DNA of 64,000 bases, taken from NCBI GenBank assembly GCA_965228885.1, contig OZ245841.1:1332264-1396263 (forward strand), in the 5' to 3' direction. Within the stretch, counting starts at the first letter, position 1, and the number at the start of each line of letters is the position of its first letter. This DNA comes from Rickettsiales bacterium (lineage in GTDB: Bacteria > Pseudomonadota > Alphaproteobacteria > Rickettsiales > CANDYO01). Below the pieces are notes generated by a model. That model was not told the DNA's origin and did not search any database. It was given only the letters and a program-made list of their open reading frames with translations. This document shows positions 26,654 through 35,690 of the stretch, piece after piece. The position numbers and the translations under genes are program-made.

Positions 26654-28621
26654 ATGACAGATTTATTCAACGCTAAAGCTACTATGGCCAATGCAAAAAA
26701 CTATACCGCCCATGATATTGAGGTTTTAGAAGGACTAGAACCTGTTCGCTTAAGACCAGGAATGTATATTGGTGGAGTTGATAAAACTGCCCTACATCAC
26801 TTAGTTAATGAGATCTTTGATAATTCCATGGATGAAGTGATTGCTGGACATGCTAGTGAGATAAAAATTAGTGTCAATAAAGATGGTAGCATCACTATTG
26901 GTGATAATGGACGCGGAATTCCAATAGACCCACATCCCAAATTCCCAGAAAAATCTGCTTTAGAAATTATCTTAACCACCCTTCATTCAGGCGGTAAATT
27001 CAATAATAAAACTTATCAAACCTCCGCAGGTTTACATGGCGTTGGTTTATCTGTGGTAAATGCATTGTCTTCTAAATTATTGGTGCAAGTGGTTAGAAAC
27101 AAGAAGCTATTCCAGCAAGAATATAAACAAGGGATACCATTAGGGCCTATAGCTTCAGGAAAAAATCCTGATAAAATTGCTCATGGTACTATTATTCATT
27201 TCACTCCTGATGATGAAATTTTTGATCATGTTGAATTTGATCCAGCCAGATTATATAAACTAATACGCTCTAAAGCTTATTTATTTGGAGGAGTGAAAAT
27301 ACACTGGCACTGCGAGATTCATACAGAAAATATTCCAGAAGAAGAAACGATTTGTTTCCCTGCTGGTCTTACTGATTTCTTAAATTATCGTTTAGCAGAT
27401 CACGACATGATTGTTCCAGAGATTTTCTCTGGCAAAATAGAAGTAAAGGGTAGTAAAATTGAATGGGCTGTTTCTTGGATTGTTAATGCAGATGATGGAT
27501 TCATCTCATCTTACTGTAACACAGTGCCAACTCCATTGGGTGGCACTCATGAACAAGGAATGCGCAATGTTATACTAAAAGCAATTAAAGAATATTGTGA
27601 AAAAAGCGGAAATAATAAGAAAAGTAATCTAATCACTCAAGAAGATATATTAAGTGGAATTTGTGGCATTCTATCTATTTTTATTGCTAACCCTCAATTC
27701 CAAGGACAAACAAAAGAAAAACTAGTCAACTCTGAAATTGTTAAATTAGTTGAGCACGGAATTCGTGATCACATTGATCATTGGTTATATAGTAATATAG
27801 ATAGATCTAACGCTTTAGCTGAGTTTTTTATCAATAACGCAGAAGAAAGACTAAGGGCAAAAAGTAATCGTGATGTTAATCGTAAGACAGCTATTCAAAA
27901 ACTACGTCTTCCAGGTAAGCTAACTGATTGCAGCAAGAAAGATCGTTCAGACACTGAATTATTTATTGTGGAAGGTGATTCAGCTGGTGGATCTGCCAAA
28001 CAAGCGCGCAACCGTGAAAATCAAGCGGTTTTACCCTTAAGAGGAAAAATCCTTAACGTGGCAAGTAGCAGTGAAGATAAAATAAAAGCCAATCAAGAAC
28101 TATCTGATCTTCAAGTTGCTTTAGGATGTGGAACTGGGGCTCATTATAAAAAGGATAAACTACGCTATGAAAGAATCATTATCATGACAGATGCTGATGT
28201 GGACGGAGCTCATATTGCTTCTCTTCTACTCACATTCTTCTTAAGAAAAATGTCAGATTTAGTATTAGATGGGCATTTATACCTAGCTAAGCCTCCATTA
28301 TTTAGAATTAACGTTGGAGATAAAGTTCACTACGCTGCCAGTGATGCAGAAAAGGATAAAATTGTTAGCAAAGCTGGAAGATCTAAGGTGGAAATAGGCC
28401 GCTTTAAAGGCCTTGGCGAAATGACAGCTAAGCAATTAAAAGAAACCACTATGGACCCTAAAACTCGTGAATTATTCAAAGTAACTTTAGTGGATGATAC
28501 TGAATCTGCTGAAGACACCACCGAAAGGCTGATGGGCAAAAGACCAGAGCATCGCTATAAATTTATTCAAGAACAGATGATTTCCCATGGAGATGAAGTC
28601 TTAGAGAATCTAGACTTATAA
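26654..28621 (+). CDS. parE: DNA topoisomerase IV subunit B
   Basis: GHKL ATPase and Toprim motifs (LEGLEPVRLRPGMYIGG, EIFDNSMDE, GLHGVG, ELFIVEGDSAGGSAKQ, IMTDADVDGAHI). At 655 aa it lacks the roughly 150-aa insertion of proteobacterial GyrB. Confidence 0.75.
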   Translation: MTDLFNAKATMANAKNYTAHDIEVLEGLEPVRLRPGMYIGGVDKTALHHLVNEIFDNSMDEVIAGHASEIKISVNKDGSITIGDNGRGIPIDPHPKFPEKSALEIILTTLHSGGKFNNKTYQTSAGLHGVGLSVVNALSSKLLVQVVRNKKLFQQEYKQGIPLGPIASGKNPDKIAHGTIIHFTPDDEIFDHVEFDPARLYKLIRSKAYLFGGVKIHWHCEIHTENIPEEETICFPAGLTDFLNYRLADHDMIVPEIFSGKIEVKGSKIEWAVSWIVNADDGFISSYCNTVPTPLGGTHEQGMRNVILKAIKEYCEKSGNNKKSNLITQEDILSGICGILSIFIANPQFQGQTKEKLVNSEIVKLVEHGIRDHIDHWLYSNIDRSNALAEFFINNAEERLRAKSNRDVNRKTAIQKLRLPGKLTDCSKKDRSDTELFIVEGDSAGGSAKQARNRENQAVLPLRGKILNVASSSEDKIKANQELSDLQVALGCGTGAHYKKDKLRYERIIIMTDADVDGAHIASLLLTFFLRKMSDLVLDGHLYLAKPPLFRINVGDKVHYAASDAEKDKIVSKAGRSKVEIGRFKGLGEMTAKQLKETTMDPKTRELFKVTLVDDTESAEDTTERLMGKRPEHRYKFIQEQMISHGDEVLENLDL

Positions 28622-28716
28622 AGCCCTTGATTTAAATCTCCATATTTATCTAAACTTTTAGCACCTTTGCTCTTCAGCTAATGTGCATCTTCAACATTTG
28701 TTTAATATATTTTTAA

Positions 28717-29580
28717 TTATGAGCAAAGCAATCCATCAAGCATATTATTAGTAATATCAAATTCTCCTACAAAACTTAACGAAACACTCTCTAATTTTAC
28801 GCTTAAACCTGCACCAAGCAATAAATTATTATATTCAGCTGATAAATCACCAGGGTTTTCTTGAGAAGAGAAATTGGCCTGACTTCTCTGTTGACCACCA
28901 CCTGAGGAATTAGATCCAGCCCCATCATCACAGCTTTCAGATGAACCCAAGCCCCCTCCTTCAGAAACATTATCTTTGAAAGGTGCATTTCCGTATGGTT
29001 TTCCTCCACCAGATGAACTATCATCTGGATCGTCATCTTCATATTTTTTCAATTTTGTTGTAGAATCTCCAGCAGGAACCTTCTTATCTTGACTATCATC
29101 ATCATCATCGCTGTCATAACCAGAATCCCTCCAAGTACCTTCACCTTCATCATCACTTTTCTGCTCATCAACTTCTTGATTTTTTGAATCACTCCTTTCA
29201 TCATCTCCGGAATTGTTTCCACCAGATGTCTTTTTGACACCACCTCCACCACCGTTATGATCATCATCGTCATCACTGTCATCATCTTCACCTTTTTTGA
29301 GATCTTTAGAGTCATCATTATCATCTTTTGTGAGATCTTTAGAGTTATCATTATCATCTTTTTTGAGAGGTGCTTTAGGAGCCATTGTCAACCGAGCTAT
29401 GCAATAGGCTACGACACCACTTACGGCCCCAGAAATAATACTAATCTTTAAAGCCCAAGAGTCTGCCTCTGCAATCCGCTCTTTAAGATTTGATATTTCA
29501 TCCTGATATTCATTATTCTGCTCTTTAAGATTTGATATTTCATCTTTATCTGCCTTAGATCCAACTATAATTGTCGCCAT
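28717..29580 (-). CDS. hypothetical single-pass membrane protein with a long Asp/Gly/Ser-rich acidic low-complexity region
   Basis: 287 aa. Duplicated DEISNLKE motif at the N-terminus, TM segment ISIISGAVSGVVAYCIARL, then about 170 aa of D/S/G/K low complexity with DNA-level tandem repeats. No family recognised. Confidence 0.55.
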   Translation of the reverse strand: MATIIVGSKADKDEISNLKEQNNEYQDEISNLKERIAEADSWALKISIISGAVSGVVAYCIARLTMAPKAPLKKDDNDNSKDLTKDDNDDSKDLKKGEDDDSDDDDDHNGGGGGVKKTSGGNNSGDDERSDSKNQEVDEQKSDDEGEGTWRDSGYDSDDDDDSQDKKVPAGDSTTKLKKYEDDDPDDSSSGGGKPYGNAPFKDNVSEGGGLGSSESCDDGAGSNSSGGGQQRSQANFSSQENPGDLSAEYNNLLLGAGLSVKLESVSLSFVGEFDITNNMLDGLLCS

Positions 29581-30053
29581 TTTGTATAACCTCTCTTTAA
29601 TCTTTACTTACTAAATATCATTAACTTTAGTGACCTTTATTTAGTTAATTATTATTTATATATTAAGCAAAGTGCCATAAAAATGTTAAAGAGTCAAGTT
29701 TTTTTTGTAATAATTATAATATTATATTTTCTTGTATATAAGATTTTATGGATATAACATTTATTTATATAAAATAACTAGAAGTTTGCCATGAATAAAA
29801 AAATTTTAAGAATAATGACTTTCATGTATACTTTTATGCTAGCCTATAATCTAGCACAAGGAGAGATATTGGAATTAGGACTATATGAACCTGAACAAAT
29901 CATCCCTCAAATAGATGAAGATGGAGCAGACGTTATTCTAAATTCTAATGAAGACTACTAGACTTTCCTCCCTTTATATTATTCTTGCATCATTCATCAT
30001 ATGAATATATTTTGTGAGAGCAAATTTTATATTTATAAACCCCAGGATTAATA

Positions 30054-30404
30054 ATGATAGATTCAATAATTTGCCCAAAATGCAGCTCTCAATACGGATA
30101 TGAAGATAGAGGTATATATATTTGTCCGGAATGCGCTCATGAATGAACAGAAAATGACACCCATAATAATAATGATGATATTCTTAATGTGAATGACGCT
30201 AATGGTAATCCATTAAACGATGGAGACCATATCACAATAGCAAAAGATTTAAAGGTGAAAGGCTCATCAACTGTTCTAAAAATAGGCACTAAAGCAAAAA
30301 TAATTCGTTTAATTGATGGAGATCATAACATTGATTGTAAAATTGATGGGATTGGATCTATGCTTCTTAAATCAGAATTTGTAAAAAAAGCCAAGAATAA
30401 ATAA
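30054..30404 (+). pseudogene. yjdM: phnA/yjdM-family zinc-ribbon protein interrupted by a single in-frame TGA (30144-30146)
   Basis: [114 protein letters not shown] is colinear with E. coli YjdM as I recall it (..[25 protein letters not shown]...[23 protein letters not shown]...[32 protein letters not shown]). The TGA sits where YjdM has Trp. Confidence 0.8.
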
Positions 30405-30454
30405 TACAAACGCCCTTCAATACTACTATTAAGATATAACGTTAGGATTTGATT

Positions 30455-32107
30455 TTAAGTTTTATCTTTAAGCAGCCAAGATTTTTCTTGTTCAGATAGA
30501 AATGGGGATAGTTTTTGATAGACTTTTTTATGATATTCATCAAGCCATTGTTGTTCATCAAGATTAAGCATTTCTGGTAGAATAAGTCTTTTATCTATAG
30601 GAACAAGAGTTAAGGTTTCAAAAGCTAAATAACCGTTATTTAACTCTTTCACCAGCATTAGATTTTCTATTCTTATTCCATATTCACCATCTTTATAATA
30701 TCCTGGCTCATTAGAAAGAATCATTCCAGGCTTTAAAGGAACTTTACTATGCTTACTAATTCTTTGTGGACCTTCATGAACTGAAAGACAATTCCCTACC
30801 CCATGGCCTGTTCCATGAGCATAATCTTTACCCTCTTGCCATAAAAATTGACGCGCTAAAATGTCCAGTTCAGCACCTGAAGTTCCTTTGGGAAATATTG
30901 CTCTTGCTAAAGCAATATGCCCTTTCAAAACTAAAGTGAAATTTTTCTTCTGTTGCTGAGTTGGATTTCCTATTGGAACAACTCTGGTTACATCAGTTGT
31001 TCCTCCATAATATTGCCCACCAGAATCTAAAAGAAACAATCCACTTCCTGATAATGTCTTGTTAGTCTTTTCATTTGGCGCATAATGAATAATCGCTCCA
31101 TTTGCAGCAAAAGCTGAAATAGTCGTGAAACTTGGATAAATAAATCTATCATTTTTCTCTCTATATTCAAGCAACTTACAAGAAATACTTAATTCGTTTT
31201 TTTCTTCAGCATTGTTATCCAACCAATGTAAAAGTTTTGTAACAGCAACTCCATCAATAAGATGAATCTCTTTAGCGCAATCTATTTCAATATCATTCTT
31301 ACAAGACTTTTTTAGAAGACATGGATCATCTGCTAATATTGGGTTATCAAGTTGATTGGCAAGCCAAGTTGATGCAGAATTTGGATCAATCTGCACCTGT
31401 TTGTTTTTAATTGATTTAACCCTCTTAGGAAAATCTTCTAAAGAATATGAATCTTTAGCGTTAGAAAATAACTCAATTGAACCATTTTGATGGAATATTA
31501 AATAGGAAAGAAGCATAGGGTTATATGCAACATCATGAGCACGAATATTAAGCAGCCAGCAAATACTACTTGAATCAGTTATAATCAATGCATCAATCTT
31601 ATTATTTACTAAATAATCTTGAATCTCTTTACGCTTATTATCAGAAGACTTCCCTGCATATTCTAAAGGATATTCAAAAACTTCACTTTGCTTCAGAGCA
31701 GACTTATCACCCCAAATTAAATCAACTAAATTATCACATGGGACTAAATTATAATCCTTATAATATTCAATAGCTTTTAAACTATATATTTTTGGATCAT
31801 AACCTATTTTATTTTTAGGAATATGCTTAGATAAGTCAGATAAATTATAAACCTTAAAATTATCAGATAACTCTTGGTGAGCCTGAAGGATATATCTACT
31901 ATCAGTAAAAAATAGAGCCGAATTCTTAGTAATAACAGCAAGACCATTAGAACCAGTAAAACCAGTAATAAATTTTAAGCGATTTAAATGTTCTGGTACA
32001 TATTCACTCTGAAATTCATCATTAGAAGGAATTAAAAAACAATCTATCCCATAATCATCAAAGATATCTCTTAACTTGATAATTTTAGTACTAACATTCA
32101 TATTCAT
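30455..32107 (-). CDS. pepP: Xaa-Pro aminopeptidase (M24B, long APP1-type with creatinase-like N-domains)
   Basis: 550 aa. Metal-ligand motifs DSGGQY..GTTDVTR, GHGVG, SNEPGYY and IRIEN. Confidence 0.85.
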   Translation of the reverse strand: MNMNVSTKIIKLRDIFDDYGIDCFLIPSNDEFQSEYVPEHLNRLKFITGFTGSNGLAVITKNSALFFTDSRYILQAHQELSDNFKVYNLSDLSKHIPKNKIGYDPKIYSLKAIEYYKDYNLVPCDNLVDLIWGDKSALKQSEVFEYPLEYAGKSSDNKRKEIQDYLVNNKIDALIITDSSSICWLLNIRAHDVAYNPMLLSYLIFHQNGSIELFSNAKDSYSLEDFPKRVKSIKNKQVQIDPNSASTWLANQLDNPILADDPCLLKKSCKNDIEIDCAKEIHLIDGVAVTKLLHWLDNNAEEKNELSISCKLLEYREKNDRFIYPSFTTISAFAANGAIIHYAPNEKTNKTLSGSGLFLLDSGGQYYGGTTDVTRVVPIGNPTQQQKKNFTLVLKGHIALARAIFPKGTSGAELDILARQFLWQEGKDYAHGTGHGVGNCLSVHEGPQRISKHSKVPLKPGMILSNEPGYYKDGEYGIRIENLMLVKELNNGYLAFETLTLVPIDKRLILPEMLNLDEQQWLDEYHKKVYQKLSPFLSEQEKSWLLKDKT

Positions 32108-32535
32108 TTAGTTTTACTATCATGTTTTTTACAATTTACATAAGTTAAACGTTGAATTAAATCTTTTGTATCTGCAATAACAACTGAAGAATTTGAACTA
32201 AATAGCCTTCTATAAGCAACTACTAAGTCAAGATTCTGCTGTCTACTATAAAAACAATGATCTGGATCAGTAGTGATTTGATCACCAACATATGAATAAT
32301 AAGTAACATAACACTTTTTATTAACCATACCTATTATAGTGATAGCTTTCCAAGCTTTAGCGTCTCTTAAGTCTGGAAAAGTACAGCTAGAAGGATTACA
32401 TGAATTTAGATTCTTAACTATATCTGTATAGCAACTACCATATTCTTCTTTTAAATTATCCTGCAATGTTGCTGACCTAGCACTCGCAAAATTAGCAGTT
32501 AATAATATTAATACTAAAATACAAATCTTATTCAT
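32104..32535 (-). CDS. secreted Cys-rich hypothetical protein (143 aa)
   Basis: Signal peptide MNKICILVLILLTANFASA. Seven Cys in the mature part. The stop overlaps the pepP start (ATGA). Confidence 0.55.
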   Translation of the reverse strand: MNKICILVLILLTANFASARSATLQDNLKEEYGSCYTDIVKNLNSCNPSSCTFPDLRDAKAWKAITIIGMVNKKCYVTYYSYVGDQITTDPDHCFYSRQQNLDLVVAYRRLFSSNSSVVIADTKDLIQRLTYVNCKKHDSKTK

Positions 32536-32547
32536 TTCTTCTCCTTT

Positions 32548-33921
32548 CTAAATAAGTAATTGAGTAGCCAAACTTAAGAATATACCAAAGCTTAACACAT
32601 CCGTTGCAGTAGTTACAAACACTGACGATGCAATTGCTGGATCAAAATTTAATTTATCTAACACTATAGGTATGATTGACCCTAAGAACCCAGCCAAGGC
32701 AAAATTTATAGTAACCGCTAAACCAAAAACCAAACTTAATGTTGTATTTTGATGAAGAAGAGCTAAAACACCTCCTCCCAAGCATGCTAAGACTAGACCA
32801 TTACAGGTACATGAAATAATTTGATTCCTTATCACTCTAAATATATTTAAAGAAGTAATCTCCTTACCTGCTATTGAAAGCACTGTAACAGTCATTGTTT
32901 GAGTTCCTGCATTGCCACTAATCCCTGCAATAATTGGCATAATTGCTGATAAAATAACTGCTTGCTGAATGGTATCATGATAGTGATTCACCACTAACGC
33001 ACAAATACTAGTAGCCAAAAGACTAATTAACAACCAAGGAAACCTGCTTTTAACAACTTCAATCACATTCAAATAAACATCATCCTCACGAACACCCCCC
33101 ATATGCATAATGCTTTCCTCAGCGTTTTTATCAGTAACCTCAAAAACATCTGTTAGGGTAATCACTCCCACAAGCCTACTATGCTTATTAACAACAGGAA
33201 TAGTAACAAAACCATATTTCTTAAACAAGAAAGAAACTTCTGTGTCTTCCAAATCTGTTTGTACAGCTTTAATTGCCACATTCATTATTTTACTTATCAA
33301 TAAATTACCAGGTTTTGAGAGAAGATCACTTAATCTAACGCTACCAATGGGGGTAAACTTAGAATTAGTAACAAAAATTTCATGAAACACTTCAGATGAT
33401 TTTTGCTTACTTTTCATATAATCAATTGCCTGAGCTATGGTCCAATGCTCAGAAATAGAGATAAACTTCTTTTGCATTAATCTTCCAGCACTATCCTCTG
33501 GATAGGAAAACTCTTCCGTAATTTCTTTTGTCTTTGTTTTATTTAAATGCTTTAATATTTCATCTCTTAATTCTTCTTCCAAGGAATCAAGCACGTAAAC
33601 TGCATCATCTGCATCAATTAAGTTCATAATTTTAGAAGTTTTTTTAGCACCTATCATCTCAATAACAACAGGAATAACGCTAATATCTAACTCCACAACT
33701 AATTGGCTAATTTGTTGTTCACTTAGTAAATTAAGAATTTTTTCTTTTTGGGAAGAACTTGATCTATTAAAGAAACCAGCTAAATCTGCAACATGTGAAT
33801 TCTTAATGATTTTTCTAACTTCACTAGACGCACCACGAGTCACCGCTTCTGCAAGAGAATTTTCAAATTCATCTTGATAGCGCTCAATATATTCTTCTGT
33901 GGATTGCTCTGTTAAATTCAT
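32548..33921 (-). CDS. mgtE: magnesium transporter MgtE
   Basis: MgtE N-domain, CBS pair (VTNSKFTPIGSV..., PVVNKHSRLVGVITLTDV) and membrane domain (PWLLISL..., GNAGTQT, ATDVLSFGIFLSLA). The ATG at 33921 (MNLTEQ) is preferred over the track start at 34008. Confidence 0.88.
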   Translation of the reverse strand: MNLTEQSTEEYIERYQDEFENSLAEAVTRGASSEVRKIIKNSHVADLAGFFNRSSSSQKEKILNLLSEQQISQLVVELDISVIPVVIEMIGAKKTSKIMNLIDADDAVYVLDSLEEELRDEILKHLNKTKTKEITEEFSYPEDSAGRLMQKKFISISEHWTIAQAIDYMKSKQKSSEVFHEIFVTNSKFTPIGSVRLSDLLSKPGNLLISKIMNVAIKAVQTDLEDTEVSFLFKKYGFVTIPVVNKHSRLVGVITLTDVFEVTDKNAEESIMHMGGVREDDVYLNVIEVVKSRFPWLLISLLATSICALVVNHYHDTIQQAVILSAIMPIIAGISGNAGTQTMTVTVLSIAGKEITSLNIFRVIRNQIISCTCNGLVLACLGGGVLALLHQNTTLSLVFGLAVTINFALAGFLGSIIPIVLDKLNFDPAIASSVFVTTATDVLSFGIFLSLATQLLI

Positions 33922-34149
33922 CTCATTCAATTCAATAACGCCTATATTGAATGATATTATAGCTTTAATACTTAACAATGTCACCCTTTTAAGAATTTTT
34001 TTTAACAATTATTCTTAACTCAACTAAAAAAACTATAGAGTCATAATCACTAGCAACATTTTACACTTAATGAACAATTAATTGACTAAGCAATTAGCTT
34101 ATCTTATCATTTACATAATCCTAACATTGACAACAAATTTGAAAGTCAC

Positions 34150-34680
34150 ATGGTGAATTTAAATAAGATTAAAATTCTTCCAGCAAATACCTTAGACTAT
34201 CCAGTTATTCAGAATATAGGACGTTTTTATGTGTACGAGCTTTCTCGATATTGTGGCTTTATTTCAAAAGAATGGAATATCCCTTCAGATGGTTTGTATG
34301 AATCTTTTGATTTTAAAATTTACTTTGAAGATTCATCTAGAAAAGCATATATAATTAAAACCGAAGAAAATGAATTAATTGGCTTTGTTTTATTAAACAA
34401 AGAAGGAATATTGCCAGAAACAGAGCATAATATGGGAGAATTTTTTGTTTTAGCAAAATTTCAAGGACAAAAAATTGGAGAGTTTGTTACATCTAAAATA
34501 TTTCAACTTCATCCCGGCAAATGGGAAATATCTGTAATACCAGAAAACAAACCTGCTCTAGCCTTTTGGAGAAGAACTATTTCTAAATTAACTCAAGGTA
34601 ATTATAATGAGGATATTAAGAATATTGACTACGATAGACATCAGCCTAAACGATATATATTAAGTTTTTCATCTCAATAG
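34150..34680 (+). CDS. GNAT-family N-acetyltransferase
   Basis: 176 aa. Acetyl-CoA-binding-like block FFVLAKFQGQKIGEFV. Confidence 0.6.
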   Translation: MVNLNKIKILPANTLDYPVIQNIGRFYVYELSRYCGFISKEWNIPSDGLYESFDFKIYFEDSSRKAYIIKTEENELIGFVLLNKEGILPETEHNMGEFFVLAKFQGQKIGEFVTSKIFQLHPGKWEISVIPENKPALAFWRRTISKLTQGNYNEDIKNIDYDRHQPKRYILSFSSQ

Positions 34681-35688
34681 CTATTGCCTAACTCTCTGAA
34701 GATCATTAATTTGAGATCTTTCTTCTCTAGCCTTAGAAGACCACTTCCCTAATTCTTCTGAAGATGATTTACTAGCAGGCGGTATAAACCTAGGGGTAAA
34801 TTTATCTAGATCTAAAGACATTCCTTTTTGATTTAAAACTTTTGCTAATTCTATCACATTCATTTCTATTTTTGATATACTGTCCTTGGTAGATCCATCT
34901 CTAGCTTCTGAAGATTGGTAAGATAGTTGTTTCTGAACAAGTAAGAATTTGTTTTGCATTCTATCCATTAATTGACTTATAATTTGCTCTTGAATCCTAT
35001 TAGCACTTTCTTTTTCAACTACTTCTACCTTTTCTTTTATATTATTAGCATTATCTTTAACATCCTCTAATAATTGACTTCCTACCGAATTAGAAGGAAA
35101 TATAGAATCTTTCTCCAATGATTCCAGCCGATTAATGATATTACCTATATGATCATTTATACTGGAAGGATGTTCTATATATTCTATATATGATTGTCGA
35201 GATTCAACCATTTTAAATTCATCTGGCCTATCTGGAGACCAATTCTCTACATAATATGGCTCACCCTTCTTTGGCAAAGCTTCAGTTTTTGCTTTATGCA
35301 CATCTAAAGACATTCCTCTTTTATTTAAAGATTTAATTACCCCCAACATAGCAGCTTCAAATCTAGATATACGTTTGTTACATTCACGCTCAGAATTACT
35401 ATTAAGATTAGAATTCCTTGTATAACTTTGTATAATTGAAAAGTTATTTTTTATCTTATTTACTAATTTAGTAACAAGCTCTGTCTGAGTTTTATCAGGA
35501 GAAAATCTCTGAAGCTCATAGGAATCTTCTAATATTTTTTTTAACTGATGTATACTGGTATTAATACCTCCAATAACCTGTCTTGCTGCATAAGGAGAAC
35601 CCATAGTATAGTTGGCAACTTCTTGTAATTTCTCTAAACCACCACTCTCTATATCATATAAATAACTATCTATGTCTAAACCTTCCAT
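34681..35688 (-). CDS. hypothetical protein made of two copies of an orphan ~130-170 aa helical module
   Basis: Each module ends in a conserved block: RFEAAMLGVIKSLNKRGMSLDVHK and IEMNVIELAKVLNQKGMSLDLDKFTP. A paralog of the upstream 148-aa ORF. Confidence 0.6.
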   Translation of the reverse strand: MEGLDIDSYLYDIESGGLEKLQEVANYTMGSPYAARQVIGGINTSIHQLKKILEDSYELQRFSPDKTQTELVTKLVNKIKNNFSIIQSYTRNSNLNSNSERECNKRISRFEAAMLGVIKSLNKRGMSLDVHKAKTEALPKKGEPYYVENWSPDRPDEFKMVESRQSYIEYIEHPSSINDHIGNIINRLESLEKDSIFPSNSVGSQLLEDVKDNANNIKEKVEVVEKESANRIQEQIISQLMDRMQNKFLLVQKQLSYQSSEARDGSTKDSISKIEMNVIELAKVLNQKGMSLDLDKFTPRFIPPASKSSSEELGKWSSKAREERSQINDLQRVRQ

Positions 35689-35690
35689 GA

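Noticed and set aside
26654-28621. Calling this gene gyrB.
   Set aside because: At 655 aa it lacks the large insertion found in proteobacterial GyrB (about 800 aa). Its length and termini fit ParE better. Confirming a separate gyrB elsewhere in the genome would settle it.
28803-29451. ORFs at 28803..29042, 29049..29357 (Met/Ile/Lys-rich) and 29257..29451.
   Set aside because: These are alternative-frame or antisense readings of the GAT/GAC-rich low-complexity region of the acidic protein gene. Their compositions (poly-M/I/V/K, poly-I/F) are frame artefacts.
30144-30146. The organism might use genetic code 4 (TGA = Trp), because a TGA replaces the conserved Trp codon in phnA/yjdM.
   Set aside because: Many well-conserved genes in this window end at TGA at the expected C-terminus, for example xth at 5657, the HAD gene at 7146, the COQ9-like gene at 11346, lpxA at 47185, yhhQ at 50123, tgt at 51307 and the hydrolase at 63771. 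I saw no other conserved gene with an internal TGA. Standard code 11 with one nonsense or read-through site is the better explanation.
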